From: a virus
Direction: 5' to 3' (one strand)
Length of the DNA stretch: 64,000 nt
IMG/VR virus record: IMGVR_UViG_3300028549_003029
Location: 91 to 64,090 of that record
The stretch's first letter is position 1, and each line of letters starts with the position of its first letter. A program made the translations under genes and the position numbers. The notes under the pieces were generated by a model. That model did not search any database. It had not been told where the DNA came from and was given only the letters and a program-made list of their open reading frames with translations. Below, piece after piece: positions 19,162 to 27,588 of the stretch.

Positions 19162-20447
19162 TTCATACAATAGTTCCTTCTATATGCTTTGGGAAGATCG
19201 TTAAAATTGTTGACAGTGCTACTGTTGACGTCAATCTTTCTACAACACCAGTAGGCGGAATTATTGGGAACACGAGAATGCAATTTCTCCAAGATAATAA
19301 GTACCGTGTAGGGGATGCTGTTGCTGCCCTATGCGGTTTTCTTTTTGATGCGACAAGAGGCAGGTATGTTGATATCGACACTGCCTACAAGATGATGGTG
19401 ATTGGTCACCGTACAGGATCCGTCCTCGATGGAGACGACTTCAAAGACGGTAACGCTCTCACAAAAGATCGGTACGATGAAGACAACGTCTCCTACACGA
19501 ACAGAAGGAATGGGGCAGGAACTATTGTCTATGACAGTGGAAAGGTAAGAACTGCAACTTCTGATGTCGTCTTCTCAGACATGATCCCTGGCGGGATGAA
19601 GTCTTACCAGAACTACAAGTTTGACCATGCTCAAAACTACCATAAGGTCGTCGCTTGTGACGCTCCTCTGATAGCAACAAGGGAACACTTCGGGTTTGAC
19701 GGTAGTAATTTCGTCTATAGAAGATTTGTGTCAACAGATCTGAAAATGACAAAGTACACCGCGGTATGCGAAGGAGCATTTGCACCTTTCGTAGGAGGCA
19801 ATGGCGACTCAGACACTCTTCCGAAACCTGCAAGAGACACGATTTATTACAGAACTGTTCAAAGCGGATTGAACAGAGTCACTATCGATATTGGTAAAGA
19901 CTATGTGATCAGAACTGACAAGGTTATCACAGATGAGATGTGCCCGGGTGGGTTTGCAACGCCAGCAGTCGTCGGAAACATCTCAATGATATCAATGGGT
20001 GCCGACGGGTCATTCTCAATCAAGGCTGATGCCGCTGGGACTCCAGGAGTAGCTCTTCATAAGATGGTGATCGATTACGATCCTACTAATGGATTGAGTG
20101 TCATGTGTGGTGGGAAGATTACACTTGCCCACGGAACCGGATCTGAGTCTATCAACTCGATAGTAATCGATCCGAATGCAGGAGTCGATGTTACTGCAAT
20201 GAACGGGTTCAGGGTTAATGGGAAAGCAGTTGTGACAGAGGATTTCCTTGCATGGCTCGATACCAATAAGACAAACCTTTGCATGGTAACACAGATCGGT
20301 GGACCTGCACCAATATTCCCATCAGCGCTTGCAACACTTGCTATTGGGGCAGAGTCTCCACAGATAGCAGGTGGATTCACAACTATGAACGCCGGCGCTC
20401 CTGCGATCGGGATAAATACAACGCCAGATGTTTACGCTACGGCATAA
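19152..20447 (+). CDS. probable baseplate hub/spike-type protein
   Basis: N-terminal OB-like FGKIVKIVD...VDV, beta-rich C-terminus, located next to the lysozyme. Confidence 0.35.
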   Translation: MQVVHTIVPSICFGKIVKIVDSATVDVNLSTTPVGGIIGNTRMQFLQDNKYRVGDAVAALCGFLFDATRGRYVDIDTAYKMMVIGHRTGSVLDGDDFKDGNALTKDRYDEDNVSYTNRRNGAGTIVYDSGKVRTATSDVVFSDMIPGGMKSYQNYKFDHAQNYHKVVACDAPLIATREHFGFDGSNFVYRRFVSTDLKMTKYTAVCEGAFAPFVGGNGDSDTLPKPARDTIYYRTVQSGLNRVTIDIGKDYVIRTDKVITDEMCPGGFATPAVVGNISMISMGADGSFSIKADAAGTPGVALHKMVIDYDPTNGLSVMCGGKITLAHGTGSESINSIVIDPNAGVDVTAMNGFRVNGKAVVTEDFLAWLDTNKTNLCMVTQIGGPAPIFPSALATLAIGAESPQIAGGFTTMNAGAPAIGINTTPDVYATA

Positions 20448-20458
20448 AAGGAGATTTT

Positions 20459-21304
20459 GTGAGTTTTGTAAAAGAAGCAGCTAACAGATTAATGAAAGAG
20501 TTTTGGAAGCTTAAGCCTGAGACAAGAGCCAGTCTGCATGAAATTCCAGGCATGTTCAGACCAATGGAAAGATATTCCGAAGGGTTTATAACTAGAGCTT
20601 ACAAGAATGCTAAAAAACACAATATCCCTATAGAAGTAAGCAAAAAAGGCGAAGGAAGTCATCTTAATACAAACCTAAAAAAAGATGGGACTCTTGACTT
20701 AAAATCAACTAAAATGATTTTGGAGCCAGCAAAAACATCACAAAGTAATGATGTATTAAACGCAGCTGCTGGTGCAGCACATGAGTCTGACGAGCTGAGC
20801 GCAATTATGAAGCTTGATGGTAAAATTTATAATCCACCAACCGTAAAAATGCAGGTTCCAGAAGGGTACATTCCTCTTTCAAAAAAAATTGAGGTAAATG
20901 AAAAAGCTATATCAATGGTTGAATCTGCAAGAAATAGAATCAAAAAAATTCCTGTTGTTAATAAGCTTGATAAATTTATGGGTGCAGTTTCAGGAAGAAT
21001 TAAAGATAAGAATGACGAAGTAAAAAAAATCAGTTCAAAAATTTTGTCAGACGGAATGTCAACATCTTCACATGCAAACTTCGGAATTCTTGGTAAAGAG
21101 TCGAACTTGCAGGCTAGAACTCCATACAAACTTTCTAATGGAGACTTTAGAATGGGTTCTGGAGAAGCTGAAATGGTAAAATCAATTACAGGAGCTAGAT
21201 ACGGAATTGACTACATAAAGCCTAAAGATATGAAAAAGTTGATAAACAGAAAAGAGCACTTTCAAGTAGAGTTGAATAAAACATTCTGGGATAACTGGAG
21301 TTAA
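20459..21304 (+). CDS. HExxE-family paralog A (KEAA leader)
   Basis: GTG start after AGGAG; FVKEAA, EFWKL, HESDE, SHANFGILGKESNL shared with 32691 and 33643. Confidence 0.7.
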   Translation: MSFVKEAANRLMKEFWKLKPETRASLHEIPGMFRPMERYSEGFITRAYKNAKKHNIPIEVSKKGEGSHLNTNLKKDGTLDLKSTKMILEPAKTSQSNDVLNAAAGAAHESDELSAIMKLDGKIYNPPTVKMQVPEGYIPLSKKIEVNEKAISMVESARNRIKKIPVVNKLDKFMGAVSGRIKDKNDEVKKISSKILSDGMSTSSHANFGILGKESNLQARTPYKLSNGDFRMGSGEAEMVKSITGARYGIDYIKPKDMKKLINRKEHFQVELNKTFWDNWS

Positions 21305-21307
21305 CAA

Positions 21308-21577
21308 ATGGCAGTTCAATCATACGTTGAGAGCATGCTCAAGCCTATCCTGGTTGCCAAAGCATCAGCTGCATCCGCTAAGACAAGTGCAACTGCAATG
21401 GACGGAATTGACGACCTTGCAGAGGCGATCGCATACGGTGTAACCCTGGCTCTAACTGACCCAGGCTTACACGCTTCAATATCTTCTGTGGTCGTTACTC
21501 CGCTCGGTGGTCCAGTCGGAACGCTTTTAAGTGCGGCCATTATGGGTCAATCAACAGCCGTTCCTCCAACACCGTGA
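21308..21577 (+). CDS. small probable baseplate-associated protein
   Basis: 89 aa; similar to the next ORF (AEAIAYGVTLAL vs SKAVAYAMALAL). Confidence 0.55.
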   Translation: MAVQSYVESMLKPILVAKASAASAKTSATAMDGIDDLAEAIAYGVTLALTDPGLHASISSVVVTPLGGPVGTLLSAAIMGQSTAVPPTP

Positions 21578-21586
21578 TATATTTTT

Positions 21587-21838
21587 ATGATTAAAGAAGC
21601 AGTAAAAGCATTTCTTGTCCAGTACACTACGGCACACGCCGGTGATGCACTTGACTCGAGTGACATGATATCTAAAGCTGTTGCGTATGCAATGGCGCTT
21701 GCCTTGTCGAATGTCTCAATGCATTCACAGATGGCATCAATAATTGTGCCTCCTCCAGTGCCTCCCGCGACTGGTACAGTGGGTCTTCCTACTTTCGGGG
21801 TTCAACTTTCAGCAATAATTATGGGGAGCGCTAAATGA
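21587..21838 (+). CDS. small probable baseplate-associated protein, paralog of 21308
   Basis: 83 aa, MIKEA start, Pro/Gly-rich C-terminus. Confidence 0.55.
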   Translation: MIKEAVKAFLVQYTTAHAGDALDSSDMISKAVAYAMALALSNVSMHSQMASIIVPPPVPPATGTVGLPTFGVQLSAIIMGSAK

Positions 21839-23715
21839 AAAGTGTTATCGCAAAGCCGGTCTTCGAGAAGATCGCAGGAATCAAAGTGTCAAAGAACTCC
21901 GCAGAGTGGAAGGAAGCTATCATTAAGAGCTTCATTGAAACTGTCGGAGAGAAACTTCCTCAAAACGTGTCTTATGACGCGGTTGTTGACAATAATGACG
22001 AAAACCAAGGCTTCGCAGCTGGAAGTATCGTTGTTTGGAACGGGAGTAAGAAAATAAACTTCCCTGTGATCATCAGAGATTATGAGCTGTGTCCATTCGA
22101 CACGTTCATAATCAGAAGCAATGGGAAGACTGTTTACAGTCATGCAAACAAGGACAGCATTGCAAAAGCTCTCATGACTCAAGAACTCTTCGGAGAGTAC
22201 AAGAAGGAAGACCTTTCAAACAAGTTCATAAAACTGCCAGGCGGAATGCCAATGGCAAATGCCGTAATGGTTGAAAAGCTTGCGAGCGAGCTGACTCCTG
22301 AAGTTCTTTCGAATTTCGCTGTGAACAGTGGATCAGCTATCAACACTTTCGTCAACAGCAATCTCTCGCTTTATGAGACTCAGAAAGCTCCTGTTGTAAT
22401 GGCGAATCAGATGTCAACAATGTTTGAATCTGAGATCCTTGATCCAAATGAACTCACCCCAATCCCGATCGGGTTCCCTGGAGAAGTTCGAATCAAGACT
22501 TATCCAACACTCGAGGATTTCTCTGGAGACCCAACAAACGGCGTGATAGCTAAAAAAATTGGAAAAGCTTCAATTGGTCTTTCTGTTGTTGCGAAGAGAC
22601 TTCCTTCTGACAGAGGTAGAGATTACAACGAGGTTCAATACTCTTTCATCTCTGTTGACGGTTTCTACTCTGGAATGATGTGGGATGGCGAAGGTATGCC
22701 TTTCGGTACCACTATGAGCAAAGAAGTTATCCCAACGATAATGGAAGCTCTTAAAAAGTACGAAATAACGTCTTACGGCTACAACCAAGACAGCAGTTAC
22801 AAGCGATCAAGAGATGGCTACTCTTCTTCAGAATACCAGTGCGACAGAGACGATGACATCGTGATCGTAACAAGCAGTGGAGAGATCTATAAGAATCACA
22901 TGCACAAACTTAAGACTATTCACTCTGGAAATGATAGAATTTTCATTTTGAATGAAAGTATTGCGTTCATCCCTGCTGACACTGAAAGCATTATTCGAAT
23001 CGAAGGTGTGAAGGACGCAACTTTGAAATCTCTTATCGGTAACATGAATAATACTTATGTCTACCCAAGAAATTCACTGTTTCTTAAAATGTATCAGAAG
23101 AATGACTTCATAACTCCTTCAACTGATATTATGCGCGATCTCATAAATCTTGAGCGCATCAAAGTTGAGGTGTCAATTGGCGAGTCTGGCCTCTCAATCA
23201 AAGGGTATAGCGCAAAAGAGATCAACAATTTAATGGGCGGCGTTTACACTGTTGAAAGCATGAAGAATGCGATCAAGATGCTTGGGTTCAGCGAAGCTAA
23301 TTACAAAAAGATCGCTTCAGAGCTTATTTCAAAAGGGTCATGCACAGTCTACGGAGCATGCCCTCCTGACTTTAGCAAGGTTGCATCTGAGTTTAACAAT
23401 GTTGATGAAATTGACGAAGCTCTCGGAACGCTTGCGAAATTTGTTGAGAGAAACCTTATCAAAGAAGCGAGTGAGATCCAGGATCCTAGATCTGTCGAAG
23501 CTGTCTTAAGCCTCAACACTGTCAACAAGGATACAGTTCTCAATGTTGTCGAGAATATCGACCTCTACAAAGAGACGGCTGATAAAATTGCGGAGATGCT
23601 TGTAATGTCTCGCATGGGGATGACAACAGTAAATGAAGACGCGCTCAAACGTGTCATGGAGAATCTTACAGATGTCATAAATGGTGTCGAAAAGGTTAAG
23701 TCGATTATTGGCTAA
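21835..23715 (+). CDS. large KxA-motif probable virion protein
   Basis: 626 aa; FEKIAG, EKLASE, KKIASE, SKVASE, IKEASE, DKIAEM. Confidence 0.75.
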   Translation: MKSVIAKPVFEKIAGIKVSKNSAEWKEAIIKSFIETVGEKLPQNVSYDAVVDNNDENQGFAAGSIVVWNGSKKINFPVIIRDYELCPFDTFIIRSNGKTVYSHANKDSIAKALMTQELFGEYKKEDLSNKFIKLPGGMPMANAVMVEKLASELTPEVLSNFAVNSGSAINTFVNSNLSLYETQKAPVVMANQMSTMFESEILDPNELTPIPIGFPGEVRIKTYPTLEDFSGDPTNGVIAKKIGKASIGLSVVAKRLPSDRGRDYNEVQYSFISVDGFYSGMMWDGEGMPFGTTMSKEVIPTIMEALKKYEITSYGYNQDSSYKRSRDGYSSSEYQCDRDDDIVIVTSSGEIYKNHMHKLKTIHSGNDRIFILNESIAFIPADTESIIRIEGVKDATLKSLIGNMNNTYVYPRNSLFLKMYQKNDFITPSTDIMRDLINLERIKVEVSIGESGLSIKGYSAKEINNLMGGVYTVESMKNAIKMLGFSEANYKKIASELISKGSCTVYGACPPDFSKVASEFNNVDEIDEALGTLAKFVERNLIKEASEIQDPRSVEAVLSLNTVNKDTVLNVVENIDLYKETADKIAEMLVMSRMGMTTVNEDALKRVMENLTDVINGVEKVKSIIG

Positions 23716-23739
23716 AAAAAGGGGAAGTTAATCTTCCCC
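23714..23739. terminator. terminator at the convergent plus/minus junction
   Basis: ggggaag/cttcccc hairpin preceded by A7. Confidence 0.75.
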
Positions 23740-24345
23740 GATTTTAAGCAGTCTTCCGAGGTGGGCTTTTATAAGTCCGCCTCTTTCAGATCTAACACTA
23801 TCAATTTCGAATATCGCATATACCCCTTTACCTTTCCCGGCTTGAATCTTGACTATCTTCGGATCCCTCATCCATCGTTTAGACCAATACGCCTTGTCAG
23901 CAGTAGCTACAGACCCTTCAAGTCCACACACCGCAGACTTGACGAAGCGTTTATTGGCAGGGATTATTATCTTGTAAGTGTTTTCTATGTAGCAGTCTAT
24001 GAGCCCTGCAACATCGTTAAGCCTACCATCAACTTGAAAACGACCTGAAATTAACCGAGTCCTTTCCCCGACATGCACAATCCTGAACCATTTGAAATTA
24101 CGATTGTTGCTCATTATATCGCTTGTTGCCGCAAAATTGTCCCACCCGCCATGCTGAATCATATTCCTAACGGAATCACTTGCCGGAATGAAGAATTCCC
24201 CCAAAATATTATTGGAGAAGCTCTCAAAAATATTTCTGGCAGACCTAGGAGTTGAAGCGTATACTTGGGTCGCATATGCAACGGCATCAGCAGCATCTCT
24301 CCAGTTATGATTCAAAAGTGTACCCGTCACTTCTGATGTAATCAT
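23728..24345 (-). CDS. hypothetical protein
   Basis: 205-aa ORF. Confidence 0.6.
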   Translation of the reverse strand: MITSEVTGTLLNHNWRDAADAVAYATQVYASTPRSARNIFESFSNNILGEFFIPASDSVRNMIQHGGWDNFAATSDIMSNNRNFKWFRIVHVGERTRLISGRFQVDGRLNDVAGLIDCYIENTYKIIIPANKRFVKSAVCGLEGSVATADKAYWSKRWMRDPKIVKIQAGKGKGVYAIFEIDSVRSERGGLIKAHLGRLLKIGED

Positions 24346-24673
24346 CTGTGTGCTTGTCTCTCATGAGAGCATACACGCTTACTGAAGATCCTGAGAACCA
24401 TTTAAACTCTGTACCAACAAACGCAGGGCAGAACGTCTCGGAGAAGTCATCTTCGCTTATTGGACCATCTTCGCCGTGCATTTCCCAAAGCTTGTCTTTT
24501 ACAATTATTGAATCGACATTGCCAAGTATCTCGGCGTGCTTCATGATATCAACAGCGCGGTTCCTTATCACACTTTCGTCAAACCTGAACTCATAGTGGT
24601 CAGGAAGATCGTGATACTCGTTACTTGAAAACCCCGGTCTAATCTCCATTTTCAATCCACCCTTCAATTGCAT
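24305..24673 (-). CDS. hypothetical protein (likely start MEIRPG ~24649)
   Basis: acidic 122-aa ORF. Confidence 0.55.
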   Translation of the reverse strand: MQLKGGLKMEIRPGFSSNEYHDLPDHYEFRFDESVIRNRAVDIMKHAEILGNVDSIIVKDKLWEMHGEDGPISEDDFSETFCPAFVGTEFKWFSGSSVSVYALMRDKHTDDYIRSDGYTFES

Positions 24674-24899
24674 CCTTTGTCACTTTCCAGTTCAAAATCA
24701 TTCCAGTGTCGATATCGACAGTCAGTCTGAGATCATCTCCACCTCCACCTGGTAGGAATGATGGCAGATACCCATCTCTTTCAAACAGCGTCTTCCCGCT
24801 GCTGTCCTTCAGCTCGATCACATTCATGTCTCTCGAGTGAGACGTTATCTCCATCGTCTTTACGTTCAGCATTTCCGGTACGTTCATTTGAACCATCAT
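24639..24899 (-). CDS. conserved phage hypothetical protein
   Basis: GYLPSFLPGGGGDDLRLTVDIDTGMILNW resembles a common small phage family. Confidence 0.6.
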   Translation of the reverse strand: MMVQMNVPEMLNVKTMEITSHSRDMNVIELKDSSGKTLFERDGYLPSFLPGGGGDDLRLTVDIDTGMILNWKVTKDAIEGWIENGD

Positions 24900-24978
24900 T
24901 CCAGTTTATCCTTTGGTGATTGTTTCTAAAATCAGAAGCAGAGCCTCTTGGTCTGCTAGTCTTTCCATTCCAAGTCAT

Positions 24979-25164
24979 TTACACCTCCTCCAGCTTCTTC
25001 AGATACTCCCGTACTTTGGCATAATCATTTTCAGCCTCCTTCCTGAGCACCTGAATGCTTCCTTCTTTTTTCCTCAAAATTCTCTCGATAGCTGTGTGAG
25101 CTTCTTTTCCTGAAATGAGACCAATCTCTTTAAGAGCGTAAACTCTTCTTGTTTCTCCGAACAT
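24979..25164 (-). CDS. small hypothetical protein
   Basis: 61 aa, GAGGTG SD. Confidence 0.55.
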   Translation of the reverse strand: MFGETRRVYALKEIGLISGKEAHTAIERILRKKEGSIQVLRKEAENDYAKVREYLKKLEEV

Positions 25165-25176
25165 TGAACACCTCGT

Positions 25177-25208
25177 AAAAAAATAAAAGCCCGGTTTTTA
25201 CACCGGGC
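25177..25208 (-). terminator. intrinsic terminator closing the RT operon
   Basis: GCCCGGU/ACCGGGC stem followed by UUUUAUUUUUUU on the minus strand. Confidence 0.8.
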
Positions 25209-25213
25209 TAATT

Positions 25214-25296
25214 CTGCAAACATACCTGGCGTGACCAGGGCAGTAACTCTCCAATTCGAAACGAATTGGTTACGCTTGTTGAGCGCTTCTTTGCAG
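25214..25296 (-). ncRNA. candidate retron msr/msd-like four-stem RNA
   Basis: closing inverted repeat CUGCAAA/UUUGCAG enclosing three hairpins, with an unpaired G right after the 5' arm; lies between the RT-linked ORFs and the terminator. Confidence 0.6.
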
Positions 25297-25300
25297 TAGA

Positions 25301-25483
25301 CTACTTCTTTTTCGCACCTCGGTACTTGCGTAAAATTCTCTCGTCCTCTTTTGCTTTCCATTTCTCGTGGATTTTGTCGAACAGGTCGATTGCACCAGAG
25401 ATCATGTCGGCAACCATAGGAATAATTTCAAGAGAGTTTGTCGCGACCTTGCGAAAACCATCCATAGTCGGCTTCTTCGGCAT
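25301..25483 (-). CDS. 60-aa amphipathic/basic peptide overlapping the RT 3' end
   Basis: GGAGG SD inside the RT ORF; IIPMVADMISGAIDLFDKI helix and basic tail. Confidence 0.6.
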   Translation of the reverse strand: MPKKPTMDGFRKVATNSLEIIPMVADMISGAIDLFDKIHEKWKAKEDERILRKYRGAKKK

Positions 25484-26555
25484 AAGTATCCTCCATATTA
25501 ACGTTCTTAAGCCCTGGCTTGGCTGTCGCTAACATGTCCATATACTTCTTACCTTTGACTTTATCGATACTCATCAAGTAACTGCACCAGCCACGAAGTT
25601 TCATAAGTCTTTCAACTGTCAATTTCTCAGGGTGTTTCACTACAGCGTGGTGAACCATTGCCCTGAACATTTTCATTTGGTACTTTGAAACTGATAGCTT
25701 ATCATTCACAACAACCCCACAAACTTCAAGTCTTGCACCGCGGTGTCTGAACCTTACCTTCTTTGGATTCACTTCAAACCCGTATGCCCAAAGCATTGAT
25801 TTAGCCTTTGGAACAACGATGCTTGCAAGCTCTGAAGAAGACATTCCATACACCTCATTTTCATCGGTCACACCTCCATGAGAGAACGAAAGGTCGTCTG
25901 CATATCTGGTGTAATTGATTTCTCTTTCTTTACACCATTTCGCAACGCGATCATCAAATCCTCTCATGATGATATTTGCAAGAATCGGAGATGTCGGGAA
26001 CCCTTGTGGAGTGTAGCCCTTGTACGTTACAAGTTTCACAATCTTTGAAAGGAGCGGATCATAATCGGATTTTTCGCAGAAGTCAGGAATCAACATGGCC
26101 TTGATCTCTGGACAGACTCCGATATATTCACCGGACTGATTCTTGTACAGGGATGGACTACATTTACCAGCCTTCATACTACTGTGCATCGTACATGCTT
26201 TGCACACCTTCTTGTTTCCAAGGAGACAGTTTTTCAGGTGGTCTTCATTGATCGAATCAAAGAAGTCCTTCACATCGATCGTCCCAAGAGATCTTGACCG
26301 AAGGTGAGGCTTTGCATTTGTTACGATGCTTCTGTTGATCTTGAACCCGTGAGCAGCATCGTGAGTGTTGTACTCCAAAAGGAAGAATGAGATCGATTTT
26401 AGAATTGTCTTGTATTCACCAACAGGCTCAACAATCTTTCTAAATCCACCTCTCTTCTTAGGGATTTTTATCTCCCTGACCCACTTGCTCTGATCCGAGA
26501 TTATCCGACCCGCTAGATCCCAGTCGATGTTCAGAAGCTTTTCCTTCGTAATCAT
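25428..26555 (-). CDS. retron-type reverse transcriptase
   Basis: IPKKRGGFRKI, AHGF, NAKPH (retron region X NAxxH), DVKDFFDSI, PQGFPTSP, YTRYADDLSFS, EVCGVVV (VTG-like region Y). Confidence 0.93.
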   Translation of the reverse strand: MITKEKLLNIDWDLAGRIISDQSKWVREIKIPKKRGGFRKIVEPVGEYKTILKSISFFLLEYNTHDAAHGFKINRSIVTNAKPHLRSRSLGTIDVKDFFDSINEDHLKNCLLGNKKVCKACTMHSSMKAGKCSPSLYKNQSGEYIGVCPEIKAMLIPDFCEKSDYDPLLSKIVKLVTYKGYTPQGFPTSPILANIIMRGFDDRVAKWCKEREINYTRYADDLSFSHGGVTDENEVYGMSSSELASIVVPKAKSMLWAYGFEVNPKKVRFRHRGARLEVCGVVVNDKLSVSKYQMKMFRAMVHHAVVKHPEKLTVERLMKLRGWCSYLMSIDKVKGKKYMDMLATAKPGLKNVNMEDTYAEEADYGWFSQGRDKLS

Positions 26556-26614
26556 TTACAGCACTCCCTCTCTCTGATCCTTGTTTAACCATCTCTTCAA
26601 CTGGGTCACATTCA

Positions 26615-27523
26615 TCAATCGCATACTTCTCCATCGATTCTCTCCAAGTTCATGATTATTGCCGACGTTACTTCAAATTCGTCAGCCTCATCGATCTTGC
26701 CTCCTGCAATACCTTTGTGGCCTCCGACACCTTTTTCTCCGATTACTGACCGCAGAACATCAACAGCGTCAACCTTGCTTTCAATCCACGGGCTAACGCT
26801 GAGTCTGACAGACAAGCTGTTACCTTTTCCGTAAGTGTACCGAATGCAATATCGCATATTTCTGTAGATGTAGAACTCAGCGTATCTTGCGATCGGAGCC
26901 TTGTCATGTTGGAAAATTACACCAACACCATTAATGATCGTAATGTCGTTCATCGCTGACTTCGATGCATCGATATCATGATTAATGATCTTATCGATAT
27001 CAACACCTGAAACAACTTTTTCGACATCAAGATCATTGATTACAAGGCTGCCGACGATTGCGTTCATAAAATGTTTGTTTACACCAGCATTCTGAGCAAC
27101 CCATATCCGCAGGATGTTTATCGGATCTCTTGATTCAAACGGTTCAGAAGGAGACTTGTACGTTGCAGTGTCAACATCTCCGATTGCTCTGATAAGGTCC
27201 TCGCTTATTACGCGGCCTTTCACAAGAGCATAAGACGCAAGGATCTGAAAGCAGCTTCTTGCATCAACGTTGAACAGGTCACCTTCGACTGGAACCGAGT
27301 TGGACTTGTGGTGGTCAAACCAAAGATCAACACCAGGAGCTCTGTCAATATCAATCGCAACAACTGTTGCGCCTTTGATCTTTTTGGTGAGCTTTGTATA
27401 GACCTGTCTGTCTGCAGAACGAACAGGCTGCAAGTTGAACTTACAGCCTGGATTTGATAATACAAATAGAGCGGCGCTCATGGCGCCGTCTACGTCGTTG
27501 TGGTAAAATACTTGATAGAACAA
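26615..27523 (-). CDS. DHH/DHHA1-family phosphoesterase
   Basis: YHNDVDG, AIDID, FDHH, C-terminal GGHKGIAGG; TTG start with GGAGGT SD. Confidence 0.88.
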   Translation of the reverse strand: MFYQVFYHNDVDGAMSAALFVLSNPGCKFNLQPVRSADRQVYTKLTKKIKGATVVAIDIDRAPGVDLWFDHHKSNSVPVEGDLFNVDARSCFQILASYALVKGRVISEDLIRAIGDVDTATYKSPSEPFESRDPINILRIWVAQNAGVNKHFMNAIVGSLVINDLDVEKVVSGVDIDKIINHDIDASKSAMNDITIINGVGVIFQHDKAPIARYAEFYIYRNMRYCIRYTYGKGNSLSVRLSVSPWIESKVDAVDVLRSVIGEKGVGGHKGIAGGKIDEADEFEVTSAIIMNLERIDGEVCD

Positions 27524-27588
27524 AATACCTCCAATAAGTTAAATGCTACCTTTCATAGTAGTTGTTCCTTAATTGGAGCTAGAATAAC

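Noticed and set aside
25214-25296. tRNA-Lys(UUU): 7-bp closing stem, three arms, central UUU
   Set aside because: No U33 or purine 37, no GTTCRA T-loop (5-nt loop), a 4-nt spacer before the 3' stem and no CCA; kept only as a structured ncRNA.
25428-26555. DGR or group II intron RT
   Set aside because: It has retron motifs (NAxxH, VxG, PQG) rather than DGR-type GxxxSQ. I saw no TR/VR pair or avd gene, no maturase/endonuclease extension and no interrupted host gene.
26458-26634. 58-aa alternate-frame ORF bridging the DHH end and RT start (MEKYAIDECDP...)
   Set aside because: It overlaps the RT by about 100 nt, has low-information composition, and I saw no slippery site supporting a DHH-RT fusion.
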